DNA of 62,981 bases, counting the filler, from Rhabdomonas costata (lineage: Eukaryota), in assembly GCA_019059605.1 (NCBI GenBank). It is 35 parts of 35 records of this genome, joined end to end, with 100 filler letters (N's around TTAATTAATTAA, not from the genome) between each part and the next. Parts side by side here need not be neighbours in the genome. Positions count along the whole stretch, not along the records: positions 25,233 to 26,934 come from JAHMHO010010395.1; positions 27,035 to 28,736 come from JAHMHO010010396.1; positions 28,837 to 30,537 come from JAHMHO010010397.1; positions 30,638 to 32,339 come from JAHMHO010010398.1; positions 32,440 to 34,141 come from JAHMHO010010399.1; positions 34,242 to 35,941 come from JAHMHO010010400.1; positions 36,042 to 37,743 come from JAHMHO010010401.1; positions 37,844 to 39,545 come from JAHMHO010010402.1; 27 more parts are not named here. One strand, 5' to 3'. Of the stretch, positions 25,133 through 38,116 are shown piece after piece. Under the pieces are notes generated by a model. The model ran no database searches, was not told the origin of the DNA, and saw only the letters and a program-made list of their open reading frames with translations. The stretch's first letter is position 1. The number at the start of each line of letters is the position of its first letter. Position numbers and translations under genes: made by a program.

Positions 25133-25448
25133 NNNNNNNNNNNNNNNNNNNNNNNNNNNNNNNNNNNNNNNNNNNNTTAATTAATTAANNNNNNNNNNNN
25201 NNNNNNNNNNNNNNNNNNNNNNNNNNNNNNNNCCCCCCCGTTGGTCCTCATTCTCCGGAGCCTGCGGGAGCCTCGACAGGGTCGCAAAATCGGAGCTTTT
25301 CAGTATTGGCATCTGCCCAGACACTACGCCTGCCTAATGTGGTTTTTGCGGCCTCTTTATTTTCCTTTCCTTCCCTATGGCTGGAGTGCGCTCTGGTGAC
25401 CTAACTTGATATTTTTTTGCCACTCTCAATTTTTTTGGCTGCTTTCAG

Positions 25449-26934
25449 GTTTCGGAGGACCCGCAAACGAATGAGTTCCTCAAGCGCACCTGTGGACCTG
25501 ATTATTACACTGCGACATTTGGAGGTTTGCCCCCTTTTTGTTTCGAAGGCCCTGCTCCAACTGGACCTGCTAGCTATGGCCGCGTTTCAACTTTTTGTTT
25601 GTGCACAGCGAATGGACGAGAAAGAAGGTTGATTTTTTTGTTTTCTCTGTCCAATTACCTTCAAAAGCTCCGTAATTTTGACTTTATTGCTGCGTATTTT
25701 CCTTTTTGTTTCCCGCTTTTGGTGCTTTTGTACATAGTGCACTTTTGGGACTCGCCCTGCTATTGTGGAGACTCCAATGACAAACGGGGGAGAATACATC
25801 TGGCTTTTGGTGTCTTCTCCAGTGGACTCGCTATGTGCTGTCTTTCAGCTGAAGTGATCTTCTCCAGAGATGGGTTCTGGTGGGTTTGCCTCGCCTGTTG
25901 ATAGGGAAGGAGGTGATTGCCAGCCGCTTTGCTTACTACGGAAACTGCACGCACCGTGCGGATTACGCCTTTGCTCTCCCCGGGGAACACACCCTGCAGG
26001 TGTGTGGCACACTGCACAGGACATTGACATATTGAAGGGGGGGGGGGCCTGCCGCCTCTCTGGGGCGCAGACAACGAAATGCAACTGCCCATTTCAGCAG
26101 CACCCGAGAGAATGAACGGAAACGATAATGGGTGCAGGGCGAAAAAAGGGGGGACATGCTTCCCCTGCCAAAGCGCTGATAGAGTGAGAGTTCTTACTTC
26201 TTGGATGGTGCGATGCCCCCGTGAATTTGCCTTGGCCGCGGGTTTCTTCCGAAATCTGGGAGATCATTCGCTTCGAAATTGTCTTGCCCCAGCTGGGCGG
26301 AAAAAGGACTCAGGCTGCGTTTTCGTCTGCAGGTGCACCATTTGTACGCCCACTACGATGCCGTGACGGAGATGTTTGACGTGAGGCGGCCATCGTGGAG
26401 CGCGCACTACTTCCGCGGCAAGGTGGTGGGCGCCGCGGAAACCCTGCCGTGCTCCACTCCCGAATTGGTCGCTGTGCTCTTTCGCTCCCCTGCCCCCTAC
26501 TGCTTGCTTCACGGTGAGCACCCGGCAACTTTTTCTTCCCTTCAGTTGATTGTGATCACGAACAGCAAGCGCGCTATGCGACAATCCCAGTTATAGGTGG
26601 TAGCAGAGGTTTTTTGTGGTGGGTCGGGGGGCGGGCCCTTTGCTCCAATCACCATTTATTGCTGCCATGTATTGCTGACAATTCGCGTCACTCATCCCCA
26701 CCCATTGACACGCTTTGCTCCCCATCCACTACCACAGTCACCTTTCAGACTACTTCATTTCTGGCGACCAGTGGTTGGTTGACCGCTTGGTAGAGCTTCT
26801 TTTCTTTTTTTTTTCTCTTCTTTTCTTTTCTTTCTTCTGTTCCCTTCTGCCCAGGCGTACCCCACGGAGAACAAGCCGACCTGCCCCAACGCGCGGGCCC
26901 CTGGCCGCTGGCTAGTCATGGGGCGGCAGCGCTT
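25449..26934 (+). CDS. Hypothetical multi-exon protein fragment
   Basis: GC-rich open exons bounded by pyrimidine-AG and GT at ~25449-25524, 26333-26422 and 26855 to the contig end. No family recognised. Confidence 0.35.
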
Positions 26935-27887
26935 NNNNNNNNNNNNNNNNNNNNNNNNNNNNNNNNNNNNNNNNNNNNTTAATTAATTAANNNNNNNNNN
27001 NNNNNNNNNNNNNNNNNNNNNNNNNNNNNNNNNNGTTTTTTTGTTTTTCCTTCTCCTTCCCGTGAGGTGTTTTCTGTGCTGTTCTCTTGTGCAAACGGGG
27101 AAAACATATGATGTTGGTCAGCTGCGGTGAGAGGCGGCAGCGAACCCACTTCCAAGCAGAGCACGCCCATGCTTGAGGTATTCGGTGCAGCTCACTTTCA
27201 TTCAGCCATCCGGCGGAAATCTTAATGTTGAAAATCCACTTTCGTTCCGTCAATTCCCCACATTTGGACTGTCCACCCATTTCGCCCAAATAAGCGAAGA
27301 AGTGAGCAGGGGATAGAAACCCACGCGCAGAACCTGACCGGTCCCCATTCCCTTTGCGTCGGGGGTGAGCACATCGGCATCACCGACGTAGACGTGAAAC
27401 ACGCGCCCCAAAAGCGAGCCAATCCACTCCTGAATCGAAGCACACATCCTGTTTCATTTCGCATCGCAGTGATTTCGCATCTCAAACCAAAGCAGTGACG
27501 AAAAGAAACGTGGACTGACTCTGCACTGACTCTGCGCTCGTCATCCAACAAAGCCACCACATTTGCGGAAAGTAAAACAAACGAAGGACCTTAAATAATG
27601 CTGCCTAAAATTCCTAACTTCCCTAAGGAGCTGGCGGCAGAACATGTGGAACATTTCTCGGATGTCCAGAGTGTGCTGAACAAAGAGGCCCAAACGGTGA
27701 GGCCTAACCAACCTACGGTTTGGGTGAAAACCCACTCACACGGACAGACTTCACACTTCAACAAGAAATACACTCTTCCAGCAGATACCCAAACACTACC
27801 ACCAGTCCTGCGGTTATTGGTTGCGAACGTTCAGCCAGTTTGAGTATGAGGGCCCACTAGCCTCCACTACGTCCCTTCCGTCCCTAC

Positions 27888-28651
27888 CTCGCTGTAGTGC
27901 AGGACAATGGCGTCGATTCGCCCATGCGGATGAACCGAGGTGGTCCAGCAGGTTCCAAGGCTCTCAGACGCATGCACGGCTGTCACTTCAACGGGTACCG
28001 CGACCATCGAAGGCCACAGAAAGCGGGTTCTCGACGAGGCCTGGAAGGACACAAGAAAAAAGAAACCCTGCAACCCCCACTTGCATTTTTTCATGCTGGT
28101 TGCAGGTCGGCAAATTAGAGGATGACGAATTTTTGTTGGCTTCGCGGTTCAATGGTGCAACCCTGATTCGACCACAGGCTCTTTGCGACTCTCTTCTCCG
28201 CTCAGTTGTACCCGTCCCCTACCTCCGCCGACCGTGGGCTGAGGGGTTTTGGGTGACTTCCCTGGATTACCTTAAAGCACTTACGTACTTTCTGGGCCGC
28301 CGATCCCTGATCACCTATCACAAAACTTCGAACAACTGTGTGAGTTCAAGAAATTGGTCAAACATCAAACGAGCCCTGGGTTTTGGGGGCAACCGTCCAT
28401 TTTGTGGACACTCGGGTTACGATCAGTGCGATCCAACTGTATGTTCCCTCTGTACTCTGTTTACAGCCCGAAACTAGGAATTGCTAAGTTTCAGACCCAC
28501 AAAAAGCCCGCATATGAACATAAATAAAAACCTCCCACCGGACAACTCGGCTGTCCATGGTCCGGTCAAGCACGATGTACCGGTACTCGACTGGCTCCTC
28601 CGAAAAAGTGACCGAGGCAGTCCACCAGCCACTCATCAGTGCACAGCCGCC
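27888..28651 (-). CDS. CBM20 starch-binding-domain protein (exons 28532-28651, 27888-28040)
   Basis: WWTASVTFSEEPVEYRYIV..VVRWE|ASSRTR matches CBM20 W...V.L..EYKY..WE..NR. Confidence 0.6.
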
Positions 28652-29635
28652 CTTTGAAAGACGCAAAAAAGTGAGGAGACTGGAGACTGGAGAGCCATTC
28701 CACGGATGCAAGGAGCAGCTTCACGAAAAGCGTCACNNNNNNNNNNNNNNNNNNNNNNNNNNNNNNNNNNNNNNNNNNNNTTAATTAATTAANNNNNNNN
28801 NNNNNNNNNNNNNNNNNNNNNNNNNNNNNNNNNNNNCCTTCGCGCTTCAGCATCTCCACTGCTTAAATATAAAATGGGTCGTTTGGGGAAATCTCAGGTT
28901 CGAGGAAATTATGTTGGGGTTTGCTGCTGGCAACCTGAAAGTTTTTGTACCTCCGGAAAGCTGGCGTTTGTACGAGCTTGCCGGACTCGGTGGCTCCACG
29001 TTCCCCCGTGTCTCAGTTGGTAAACGAAAAGTAACAAAACGAGGAAGCAACGTGGCCACAGCGCTGCTGTCGACTTAGGTCCTTGTCTGTTGTATGGGGA
29101 TTTGGGTGGTAGAACCGGACAGCATTAATTAGGTAAGGTAAGTTCAATCATAAACTCAGAACTCATGCCTTTCAGACCAGAGCGAGTATATGCGCGCATA
29201 TGGAAGCCCGTCCGCTTTTGGAGCGTTCTCAAGCCGTCCAAAACTCTGAGTTTCGGGATATAACTAACCTTAGTTGGTCAAAAAACAGTCAGCTGTCAGC
29301 TGCCCTTCCAGCCAAAGCGGTGGGATAGCGGTAGGTAGGGAACGTGGGCTGGGGGACCTTTAGCGACTTTTTCATCTATGGTTCGATGGGATAAATTTTT
29401 TTTACCACTGGTAACCGTTACTACTCATTCCCACCCTACGTCGTAAGTCCGTTACGTTGTGTAACATCTAAGCTGGCCTGGGCCCCTTTCCTGTTCCCTT
29501 ATCTTCCCCTTCCCTGTTCACCATACCCGCTTCCTTCCCCGGATCTTCTCGGGCCTCGGAACACGGGAGCGCTGGCCCGACAACACCTGTGTCTCGATGT
29601 GCCGGCCGGGCTCTGCTCCGGGTGCGAGTGCACAG

Positions 29636-30497
29636 GCTGCGGCGCGGCACCCGCCACACGTGGTGCTACTACAGCCACGCCAGAAGCCCCTCTGGGGCCT
29701 GGCTGAAGTTTGTGCTGTCCTACCGCGCTAGCGACACTCCCCCGCTGCGGGTGCAGCGCGAGCCCAACGCCAGCGATGGTATCAAGGGGAGGCCCGAAGA
29801 CAGGGGTTGGGGGGAGCGGTCCGTGTGCTCTTCAGGCCCACTTTCTCTGACATGGGCATTTCAACTCGAAATAACTGGGGTATCGTCAGGTGACCTGCAA
29901 AAGCTGGTGGTTGGGAAAGCCGAGAAGAAGAAATGGAGTGTGGCAATGTGTGAATAGGTATGCATGATGCACTTTGTTGGTTGTGTCTCTCTGTATGTTT
30001 GAGGTGTTGGGGCACCCGCTCGATGTTCTCTGTAGCACATACTGCACGCGCCAGGCAGTCTGTGGAGCGAGGCTGAAAAAAAGCCCTCTAAATCGCAGAA
30101 TACCTCGATGTCTTCTCTCATCGCTTCTACAGGAGTACAGAGAGAACCTTTCGACAACCAATCCCAACAACTGTCTCGTCAAACACCTCGTTTCCGCTTA
30201 CCTTCCGCTACTCCGTACTCATCTTACACCACGAAGCAATGCGGGTGGGGGGACTGGGGGACGCAGCGACAGGATGGGCCCTGGGCAAGGGGATCCCGGA
30301 CTGGTTACCCAACATCAACTACGCCGACGTTTTGGGGTGGGGCTTGGCGCTGCCGCAGCGCGTGGTGCTGCTGTGGGAGCTTCTCGGAGGGGCCCCGTAC
30401 TGGCCTGACTACAACACCCATAACTTCGTGGTCACCCGGGGGGGCAAGGTGCAGAGGATTGACACGGAGATCAAGTCCATGAAGAAGCACCCCCCAG
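29636..30497 (+). CDS. Atypical protein-kinase-like (PKL) fragment (exons 29636-29778, 30273-30497)
   Basis: WPDYNTHNFVVTRGGKVQRIDTE gives a catalytic-loop DxxxxN plus a metal-binding ID. In-frame phase-1 intron. Confidence 0.45.
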
Positions 30498-33068
30498 GCA
30501 AACCCGATCTCCAACCCCACCCAAACACACCCACCACNNNNNNNNNNNNNNNNNNNNNNNNNNNNNNNNNNNNNNNNNNNNTTAATTAATTAANNNNNNN
30601 NNNNNNNNNNNNNNNNNNNNNNNNNNNNNNNNNNNNNGGGTGTTGGAAACTCCAAATTGCTCTCCATTTACCACCCAAATCATCACGACCACCCACTTTC
30701 ACACAGTACCAGCATCGCACTTTGCCACACACCAACTCGGCCTGTCACTTTTCACTCTTTTCTTTTTGCTGTCAAGAAGCTTCTCTGCCATTGTTTGCCT
30801 CTCGTATTACCACCTGTCGTGCACCGCAGACACACTACATGCCCCACAAGTCGACCAAGTGGTGAATTTCATGAACGGATAAACCATGAGGCTAGTCATC
30901 CTACCCGTGGTAAAGTTTTGTATTCCCCGCTGGTGGACGCTAGGGAAGTCCACTATTGAAGGCTGCCCCGGAGGAAAGCCGCCACCCCGGGTAACGGGAC
31001 CTACCCCACACCAACACTATGCAGTACCGGCACTGGGGTATGTGAACCGGTACCGAGTAGAGGGGTAATGTAAAGTTTTACCTCGGGATAAGGTAACCGT
31101 TCAGCGACACCACACCCACTGTGCCGACCCTGTTTTGCCTCGTGCTCTTCTTTGTGCTACCCTGTTCATGCTCATTTGTGTTTTTCAGGCACTCCACTCC
31201 ACTACTGCACCACACTTTCGCGCGTATGTGTTTCTTTGCTTGTCTTTATGGTCTCCTCTTTGCTTTTTTACCAGCTAGAGTGCGGCCAATCTCCGCCAAC
31301 CTGCCGCCAGCCTGCCTCCAAGTAGCGGCCCCTGCGCGTCGCAGCCGGCAGTACCCTCGCCCGCCAGTCAGCCGTGGGCGCCGGGACATCCCGCCTGATG
31401 CACAAGAAGACCAGAACACACACATGCACACAAATGTACACTGCACTTGACCACTGCACTTCTTTTCCTGGACCCTTTGTACCCTTCGAACCTCTTTCCC
31501 CGACTAAAGGATTCCTTTGGTAATTGTGTTTTAGCAGAGGAGGTGCAGCAGAACCACAGAGAAACCGCAGGTGAGAGCCGCGGAGACACGAGGCACCAGC
31601 AGAGAGGAAGAGGGTGGTAAAAGGGGCGTGGCGTGTTTGTGCGGTGAACACAGGACAGGGTGTGTGTGCTGTCGCGTGCCCCTTCCCCTTCCTGTAGGAG
31701 ATTGGTGAAATGCATAAAACGACGAGACCAGCCCAGCGAAACCCCTCCACAGTCCAAAAAAATGTGGGCACCAAGTCCCGGCCAAGAGACCACCAACCTG
31801 CAAATAAAACAGCCTTCACGAGCCACAAAAGCATCCTGAACCCCCCATGGTCTGCAGAGTTGTGTCTCCAGAGATCGCCAGATTTACGCCAAAGCGGCTT
31901 AGTAAATTGAAAAGTGGTTGGCACCACCGCCTCCGTTTCAGAAAGGCGACGCCAGCAGAAAGCACCACCAGAGCGACCCCGGACAAACGGAATAGACCTC
32001 CGCCACGTTCTAGGTGCCAAGACACCTAGGTAAACCGATGCACCACCCACCCTGTGCAATCAAGGTCTGGATACAGTCCAGCTCGAGTGTGATCCAGCGG
32101 CACGACCACCAAAAGATGTAGGTGCGACGTAAGAGTTCCCGCAGCATAGTTGAAGTGTGACGCTTTGTCAATTTTTCTGCTTTCCATTTTCATGTCACGG
32201 TCCTCTTAATGTCAGAAACCGATTCTTTCTCCTCTCGACCGAGGATCACTCCTTGCCCGGAAACACATACTTCTCACATTTACCTCTTACGAAAATCCCC
32301 TTTTGGCCAAATGACCGTTCTGGCCATTCCCCCAACACCNNNNNNNNNNNNNNNNNNNNNNNNNNNNNNNNNNNNNNNNNNNNTTAATTAATTAANNNNN
32401 NNNNNNNNNNNNNNNNNNNNNNNNNNNNNNNNNNNNNNNGTGTTTTTTATTTGATCTGGAGAGTCTTTGTGCTGACGAGGTGAAGCTGAGAGCTTTTTTG
32501 ACATAGTATGGAGTATTGCGTGACAAGGACAAGTGTTGCTGTGGTGGTACCTTGGGCCGGGATTACGAAGGTATGCCATCTATTTTACTATTTACGGCGC
32601 CCCGTTTGGGCATTGAAGCGCTGAGCCCTTCTCTTGCAAACGCTCTTCTTGGAAACGAATGAGAACCTGCACAGCTATTTCATCCTCCGTTGCTTCGCTG
32701 TTTACCTCAAAAGCAGCATCGAGAAGAGGTGAAAGGAGTTGCGTGAGTATTCGATAGTTCAGGGCTAAGCCGAAGCAGGCCTGGGGTCTTTTGTATATAC
32801 AACAGGCCTCCCGAGGAGTTGCAATGTGGCAAGCCCGGACACCATACCTCCCCACTGCGTATACTTCGTCGATAGACACGCAAGGTTCACAGGACTTCAC
32901 AGGACACTTCTCGTGCGCGTGGGCTTGTACGAGAAGTGGAGCGCTTTTCTCATATAACAGCAGCATATCTGAAATGAAAAAACATGAGAAGAATCCAATT
33001 CATTGATCGCACTTCATTGGTCGCACTTCATTCCCACCTCTCACGGATTGGGAAGGGGGTGCGCGTAC

Positions 33069-34141
33069 CTCAAGGAAGAAAATGTCCGCGCACTGCATGA
33101 TGGGGTACAGGATCTGCGCCGCAGTAAGGTTGTCCTCCTTGCGGCCCATGATCTGGCAACACTTCGTGATCCGCGCCACTGTGAAGTGCCGCGCCACGTC
33201 CAGCGCGCGGCCCCAGTACTGTTCCGCCCGCGAAGAAATCTCCTGAGCACAGGAGGACGTTGGGAGGAGGGGGACGAAGACAGTACCCTTGCCGTATAGT
33301 GGCATGGGAATTGGAGTGGAGTGGAGTGGAGCGGGGGGGGGCTTCGCTCAAATCAGGTTGTACGCGAATCTGACCTGACACTAGTTCCCCAGCCTCAGCC
33401 TCAGCTTCTATGAATCTATTTCGCCCTAAAGTACGATACATGACCCCATCAGATCACAGGCTGTAAGGACGATTCCGAAAAGAAACGATAACGAAGCAAC
33501 GTGACAGGGAAATTTCAAGTCGAGCAAGAAAAGGGAGAAAGTAGAGTGCCACATGAAAAAAGCGATGGCATACAATAGTCGATCTAGTCCGACGCACCAT
33601 TGATTTTCACCCCTCATCAGGAAAAGTATATTTCGGTTTGGTTGTAATCTTGCCGCTGTCTGAGTTTCGTACCTCTGAATAACGCAATAAAAAAGAGCAC
33701 ATTTCAGAGGAAGAGCCGAAGACCTCGGAGGACCACAGGAAGCGGACTCGGCTCATGTCCATCCCGGCAGCCTTCCAGACCTCAATGAAGTACTGCCCCA
33801 CGGTGTGGATCTTGTGCGGGTCCCCACCCATCTTGTTGTTCATCAGCGCAAACCAGTCCGCCACTGCGGGTACCGTGGAGGCGACAGAAGCATACTTCCA
33901 CAGATGAAGGAGCAAAGGACAAGAACCCTGCACTTAAAAAGTTTTCGTTCTAGCCAGGGGTCTCGGAAGTAATCCTTAGGAAAGGTCCTCTAGGTTTTGT
34001 ACAAACTCCTTGACGAGGGGGGGGGTGTCACGCCACTTCTCTGCGTAAGGTAAAAAAAACACAAACACGCGTGCACGTGCAAACAAAGACCCCAGAAGAT
34101 GAACTCGCCACCAGCCTGGGTGGCCTTGTTGACAAAACCCC
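33069..34141 (-). CDS. YARS: Tyrosyl-tRNA synthetase, trypanosomatid/plant cytosolic type (exons 34091-34141, 33724-33863, 33069-33242)
   Basis: VNKATQAGGEFIFW|VADWFALMNNKMGG..VWKAAGMD..FLWSSE|EI..AAQILYPIMQCADIFFL. Confidence 0.95.
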
Positions 34142-35085
34142 NNNNNNNNNNNNNNNNNNNNNNNNNNNNNNNNNNNNNNNNNNNNTTAATTAATTAANNN
34201 NNNNNNNNNNNNNNNNNNNNNNNNNNNNNNNNNNNNNNNNNGGTGTTTGGTAGCGGCGACGTGCATTTCACACACACACATGCACGCACGCACAAATCAG
34301 CTATTGGAACACTTAAACCTGCTGCTGATGTTACATCTATTTACCAGGCCAGAAAGCCCTGAAAGGCACGGAAGGCCCCGAATGCGCAAAATGGCCCCAA
34401 GGGGAGCTCCAAGCCGAAGTATTTCGGCCCACTCTGGTGTGAAACGAAGGACTCCTGGGCTTTATTCTCCTTATGAAAAGCAGGTCGCACCGAAAGCTTG
34501 GGCTCAGTACAAAGGCCTGCAAATATACAAAAGCCCCCCTTCCTCCTATTTTCGGAGTAACCCCGGATGATTAGTGCGGGTCCGGGGCCCGCAGTGGAGG
34601 AAAGATGGATGCTGCTGGCAGAGAAGAACAAACAGGAAGGCCAAAGAGGAATTCGGGAACACACATTATATGGACAGGGCAAACGATACTCTACAATAAC
34701 ACTCAATCTGAGACTGCCTGCCTCCGTGCTTGCCCACTGGGTACTGACCACTTCCTCTGAGGTCCATAGAAAATCGCAATGGCGAACCAAACCAAACCAA
34801 AACCATTCACACTGGCACCAGGCATCACCTTAAACCCCTCCATTGGCATTCGCCGTCACCCGTGCTTCGACTCCTTAACTCATGCGAGATTCTAGTCCCA
34901 ACCATGGGCTCAATTCGTTGCCTTGACCCCTGCCGCGGTGACGCGGGATACACGCGCACTATACACGATATGCCAAAGCAGCCGGTCGATGCTTTCATGC
35001 CTCGCACAGTTAATTTCCGCTACAGAAGTGCACCAAAAAGCATAAAAGCGGTACGATAAAACAAAAAGGGAAAGTCAGAAGGCAC

Positions 35086-35901
35086 CAGGTTCTGTTCCTC
35101 GCGGCGGCTCTCGTCCTCGTTCAAATGGATCATCTCACAAGGCGCCCCTGTGAGATCCTCCAGGGCCGTGGTCGGCTTTCCACTGACAATAGCCTTATAC
35201 GAGCCGTACAGCTTGGCGTATGCCTTCTCAATCACTGACACCTTACCGATAAACCACCAGCAGCGTTCTTCTCACGACCACAAGAAAAACCGAAAATGTT
35301 GCGTGAAGCCAGAAACCAAAAGTCAGCCCAGCGCACCGTCTGGCTACGAACCGATACTGCTGCAAGGGGACACATAGGACGATTGCGCCGTGGCAACACA
35401 ACAGCCGTGACAAACCCATTTCGATCACCTAAAATCGAGGAAAGGCACGCTATGGGGGCAAAATTCACACAATTCAGGGCATCTGACAGGTTCTCTCGCC
35501 CTTTCTATTTTTAAGGCACAACATCAATGTGGGATCACAGCTCGTATATTAATGTGGAGATAGCTGCCGTTTCGCGACGCTTCGCTTGCGCGCTTCAGTG
35601 GGAAACTATTACCCAACTACCCAAGGCACTGCCCAGCAACAACGTGGGACCATGGCTTATGAGGCTGAACAGGGAAGAGTTTCGAATTTTGTACAACAAA
35701 AATGGAAATAGCCAACGATTGCGTGGGATGAAAGAGAAACTGCCACGTTTGTATCATGTCCCCTCAACTCCCCTGTTCCTTCTTCCTCAGGTGGATGGAT
35801 GCGGGGGCATACCCACAGCTGCTTATTGCGGCAACGCCCGAAGGCAAGCCAGCCGTTCTTTACAGGAAAGTGGTCGTCGACGATAACTCGGGTCCAGTTC
35901 C
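35086..35901 (-). CDS. Calpain catalytic (CysPc) domain fragment (exons 35813-35901, 35086-35241)
   Basis: GNWTRVIVDDHFP..QLW|VSVIEKAYAKLYGSY..ALEDLTGAP. Confidence 0.93.
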
Positions 35902-36239
35902 CTTGTGCGCCAACCGAACCAAAGCTCTCAAACACACCCCCNNNNNNNNNNNNNNNNNNNNNNNNNNNNNNNNNNNNNNNNNNNNTTAATTAATTAANNN
36001 NNNNNNNNNNNNNNNNNNNNNNNNNNNNNNNNNNNNNNNNNGTTTTTGGGTTATACAAACCATCCCCAAACTTTTTGACTGCCAAGAATCACGGTAGCAG
36101 CAGCAAACAATTGTTCACTATCTAATGGTGACCACACGGCAAAAAACCGTGAGGCAAGTAAATGGGAAGATCGGAAGGAGGAGATAGGTGTTGTGCTCAA
36201 AAAAAAACAAGACCCGTGAAAGTTGGTAAGTGGGCGTAC

Positions 36240-37441
36240 CCTCAATGCTGACAATGGGATACTTCTGCGCCCAGGAGGAGTAAATCTCGACCATTTCGGC
36301 GGCTGAGAACAGCTTGTCTGGGTTGGACTTCCAAAACTTGTACCTTTACCGGGATACAACAAACAGTCAAAGGAGAAACGCAAAAAAAAAGAATCCCCCC
36401 CCTAAGCTCTCCTGAGTAGCCATGAAATTCAACAAGGCAACTTCTTGCCACAACTTTGAACTAAACAGACAGTTTAAGGATGCATACGCAGTGTCTTAAA
36501 TTTGCGAGGTACAGGGAGGGAGAGCAGGTAGACTGGGTCTGTACCCTTCCTTTTTGCCCTCGTCGAACAGCTCTGACGATGCGCAGTCCAGAGCGATGGC
36601 GATCTGCTCACCCGCCTTGTAGCCAGCCGCGGCAATGGCCTGTGGGCCAAACAATGCGCAAAAACTCCTGTAAATTCTCACAGGCCACTCCACTACACTT
36701 ACAGAGAAGTGCCAGTGAAAGTGTCAGTTTCCACGTGCAGACCTTCATCACGAATTCCAGAGCTTGATCGTTGGTCAGATCAGGGGCGAAGCCACCTTCG
36801 TCACCGACAGCGGTGTTGTGACCAGCTGACTTCAGCTGCTGCTTCAGGGAATGAAAGACCTGCAATACAACCACAGGGATGGACACATAATACTCCATAA
36901 TACAACAGAGTAGCGGTTGGAGTGGTGTGGTGTAGGGGGCGTTATGTGTGCGTGTGGGGATGCATTTCCGCGCATTTCAGTTTTGACAAATGCATCACTG
37001 CCCAAACAGAACATTCACAGACAGGCATAAAAATTTACAACCACTATGGAGCAGGAACTACACCACAAATGAGGAGGCAGAAAAGACGTTCCGAATTTGT
37101 GGCGCTTCCCAACGCAGAGAAACAGTGGAACCCCCACCCCATCCCTGACAACATATCGATGAGGTATGATAACCAACCAACGCAAGCCGCCTCAACCTCG
37201 GTGATCCAGCGCAGCCCTTCGGTGTAACTCTTCGCCCCGACAGGCATGATCATGAACTCCTGTGAGAAAACGAAAGCTAGCAATGCCTTAGGGAGGTAGG
37301 GGACAGAAGTAGGGAAAGTTCTGGAAAACAACGCGAGCCTGGAAGTCGATCTTGTTGTCCGCGTGCTTTCCACCGTTAATGATGTTGGCCATGGGAACGG
37401 GCAGCTGGAATACTTTGTTGCCGTGCAGCTGCGCGATATAC
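36240..37441 (-). CDS. eno: Enolase, bacterial (spirochete-like) type with spliceosomal introns (exons 37339-37441, 37197-37259, 36743-36859, 36545-36639, 36240-36343)
   Basis: [31 protein letters not shown]..|..[13 protein letters not shown]..|..[14 protein letters not shown]..|[20 protein letters not shown]. Confidence 0.97.
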
Positions 37442-38116
37442 CTGAAGGACGGGAAGATCCACCCTCCTCCCACACCCCACCTCCCACAAACCATCCAACC
37501 CGTCCAGCCACAGCACGGAAACGGCACTATTTAAGCAATCAAACAACTCAGTGAGGAGGAAGCGGAATATCACCACGATCGGGAAAAGAAAGACGCGCTT
37601 AAAGACGCGTTGATACAATCGATCTGGCTAACAATTATACAGTGCACTCAGGAAAAGCGGAAGCCCTACACTAGCACCGGAAACCGTTAGCCTTCTGAAA
37701 TTGCTGCATTTTGACCCGGTATTTCGACCCTTACAAACAAAGANNNNNNNNNNNNNNNNNNNNNNNNNNNNNNNNNNNNNNNNNNNNTTAATTAATTAAN
37801 NNNNNNNNNNNNNNNNNNNNNNNNNNNNNNNNNNNNNNNNNNNTCTGAATGCAGGTATGCGTGCACAGTTAAGTCGGAGTGTTCACGAGACCTTCGATAT
37901 ACTTTAAAGAACAGGACGAGAAGAGGACCTCTTTGAGCTGGCGAGAAACTTCTGCCAGCTCAAAGAGGTCCTCTTCTCGTCCTGTTCTTTAAAGTATATC
38001 GAAGGTCTCGTGAACACTCCGACTTAACTGTGCACGCATACCTGCATTCAGAGGATGCAGAGAAAATGCAAGGCTTTGCGAAGGTTTGATTTTCCACCAC
38101 CTGCGTGCGACTGCAG

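Noticed and set aside
29240-29262. AACTCTGAGTTTCG, resembling the start of the euglenid spliced leader
   Set aside because: Only a short partial match; no T-tract-CG|GT donor or Sm site follows.
37844-38051. Long inverted repeats at contig ends (also 5175-5302, 10659-10715, 16233-16366, 50268-50358)
   Set aside because: The outer arm always ends at or within a few bases of the contig end and is perfect or nearly so, typical of fold-back library or amplification chimeras rather than hairpin telomeres or MITEs.
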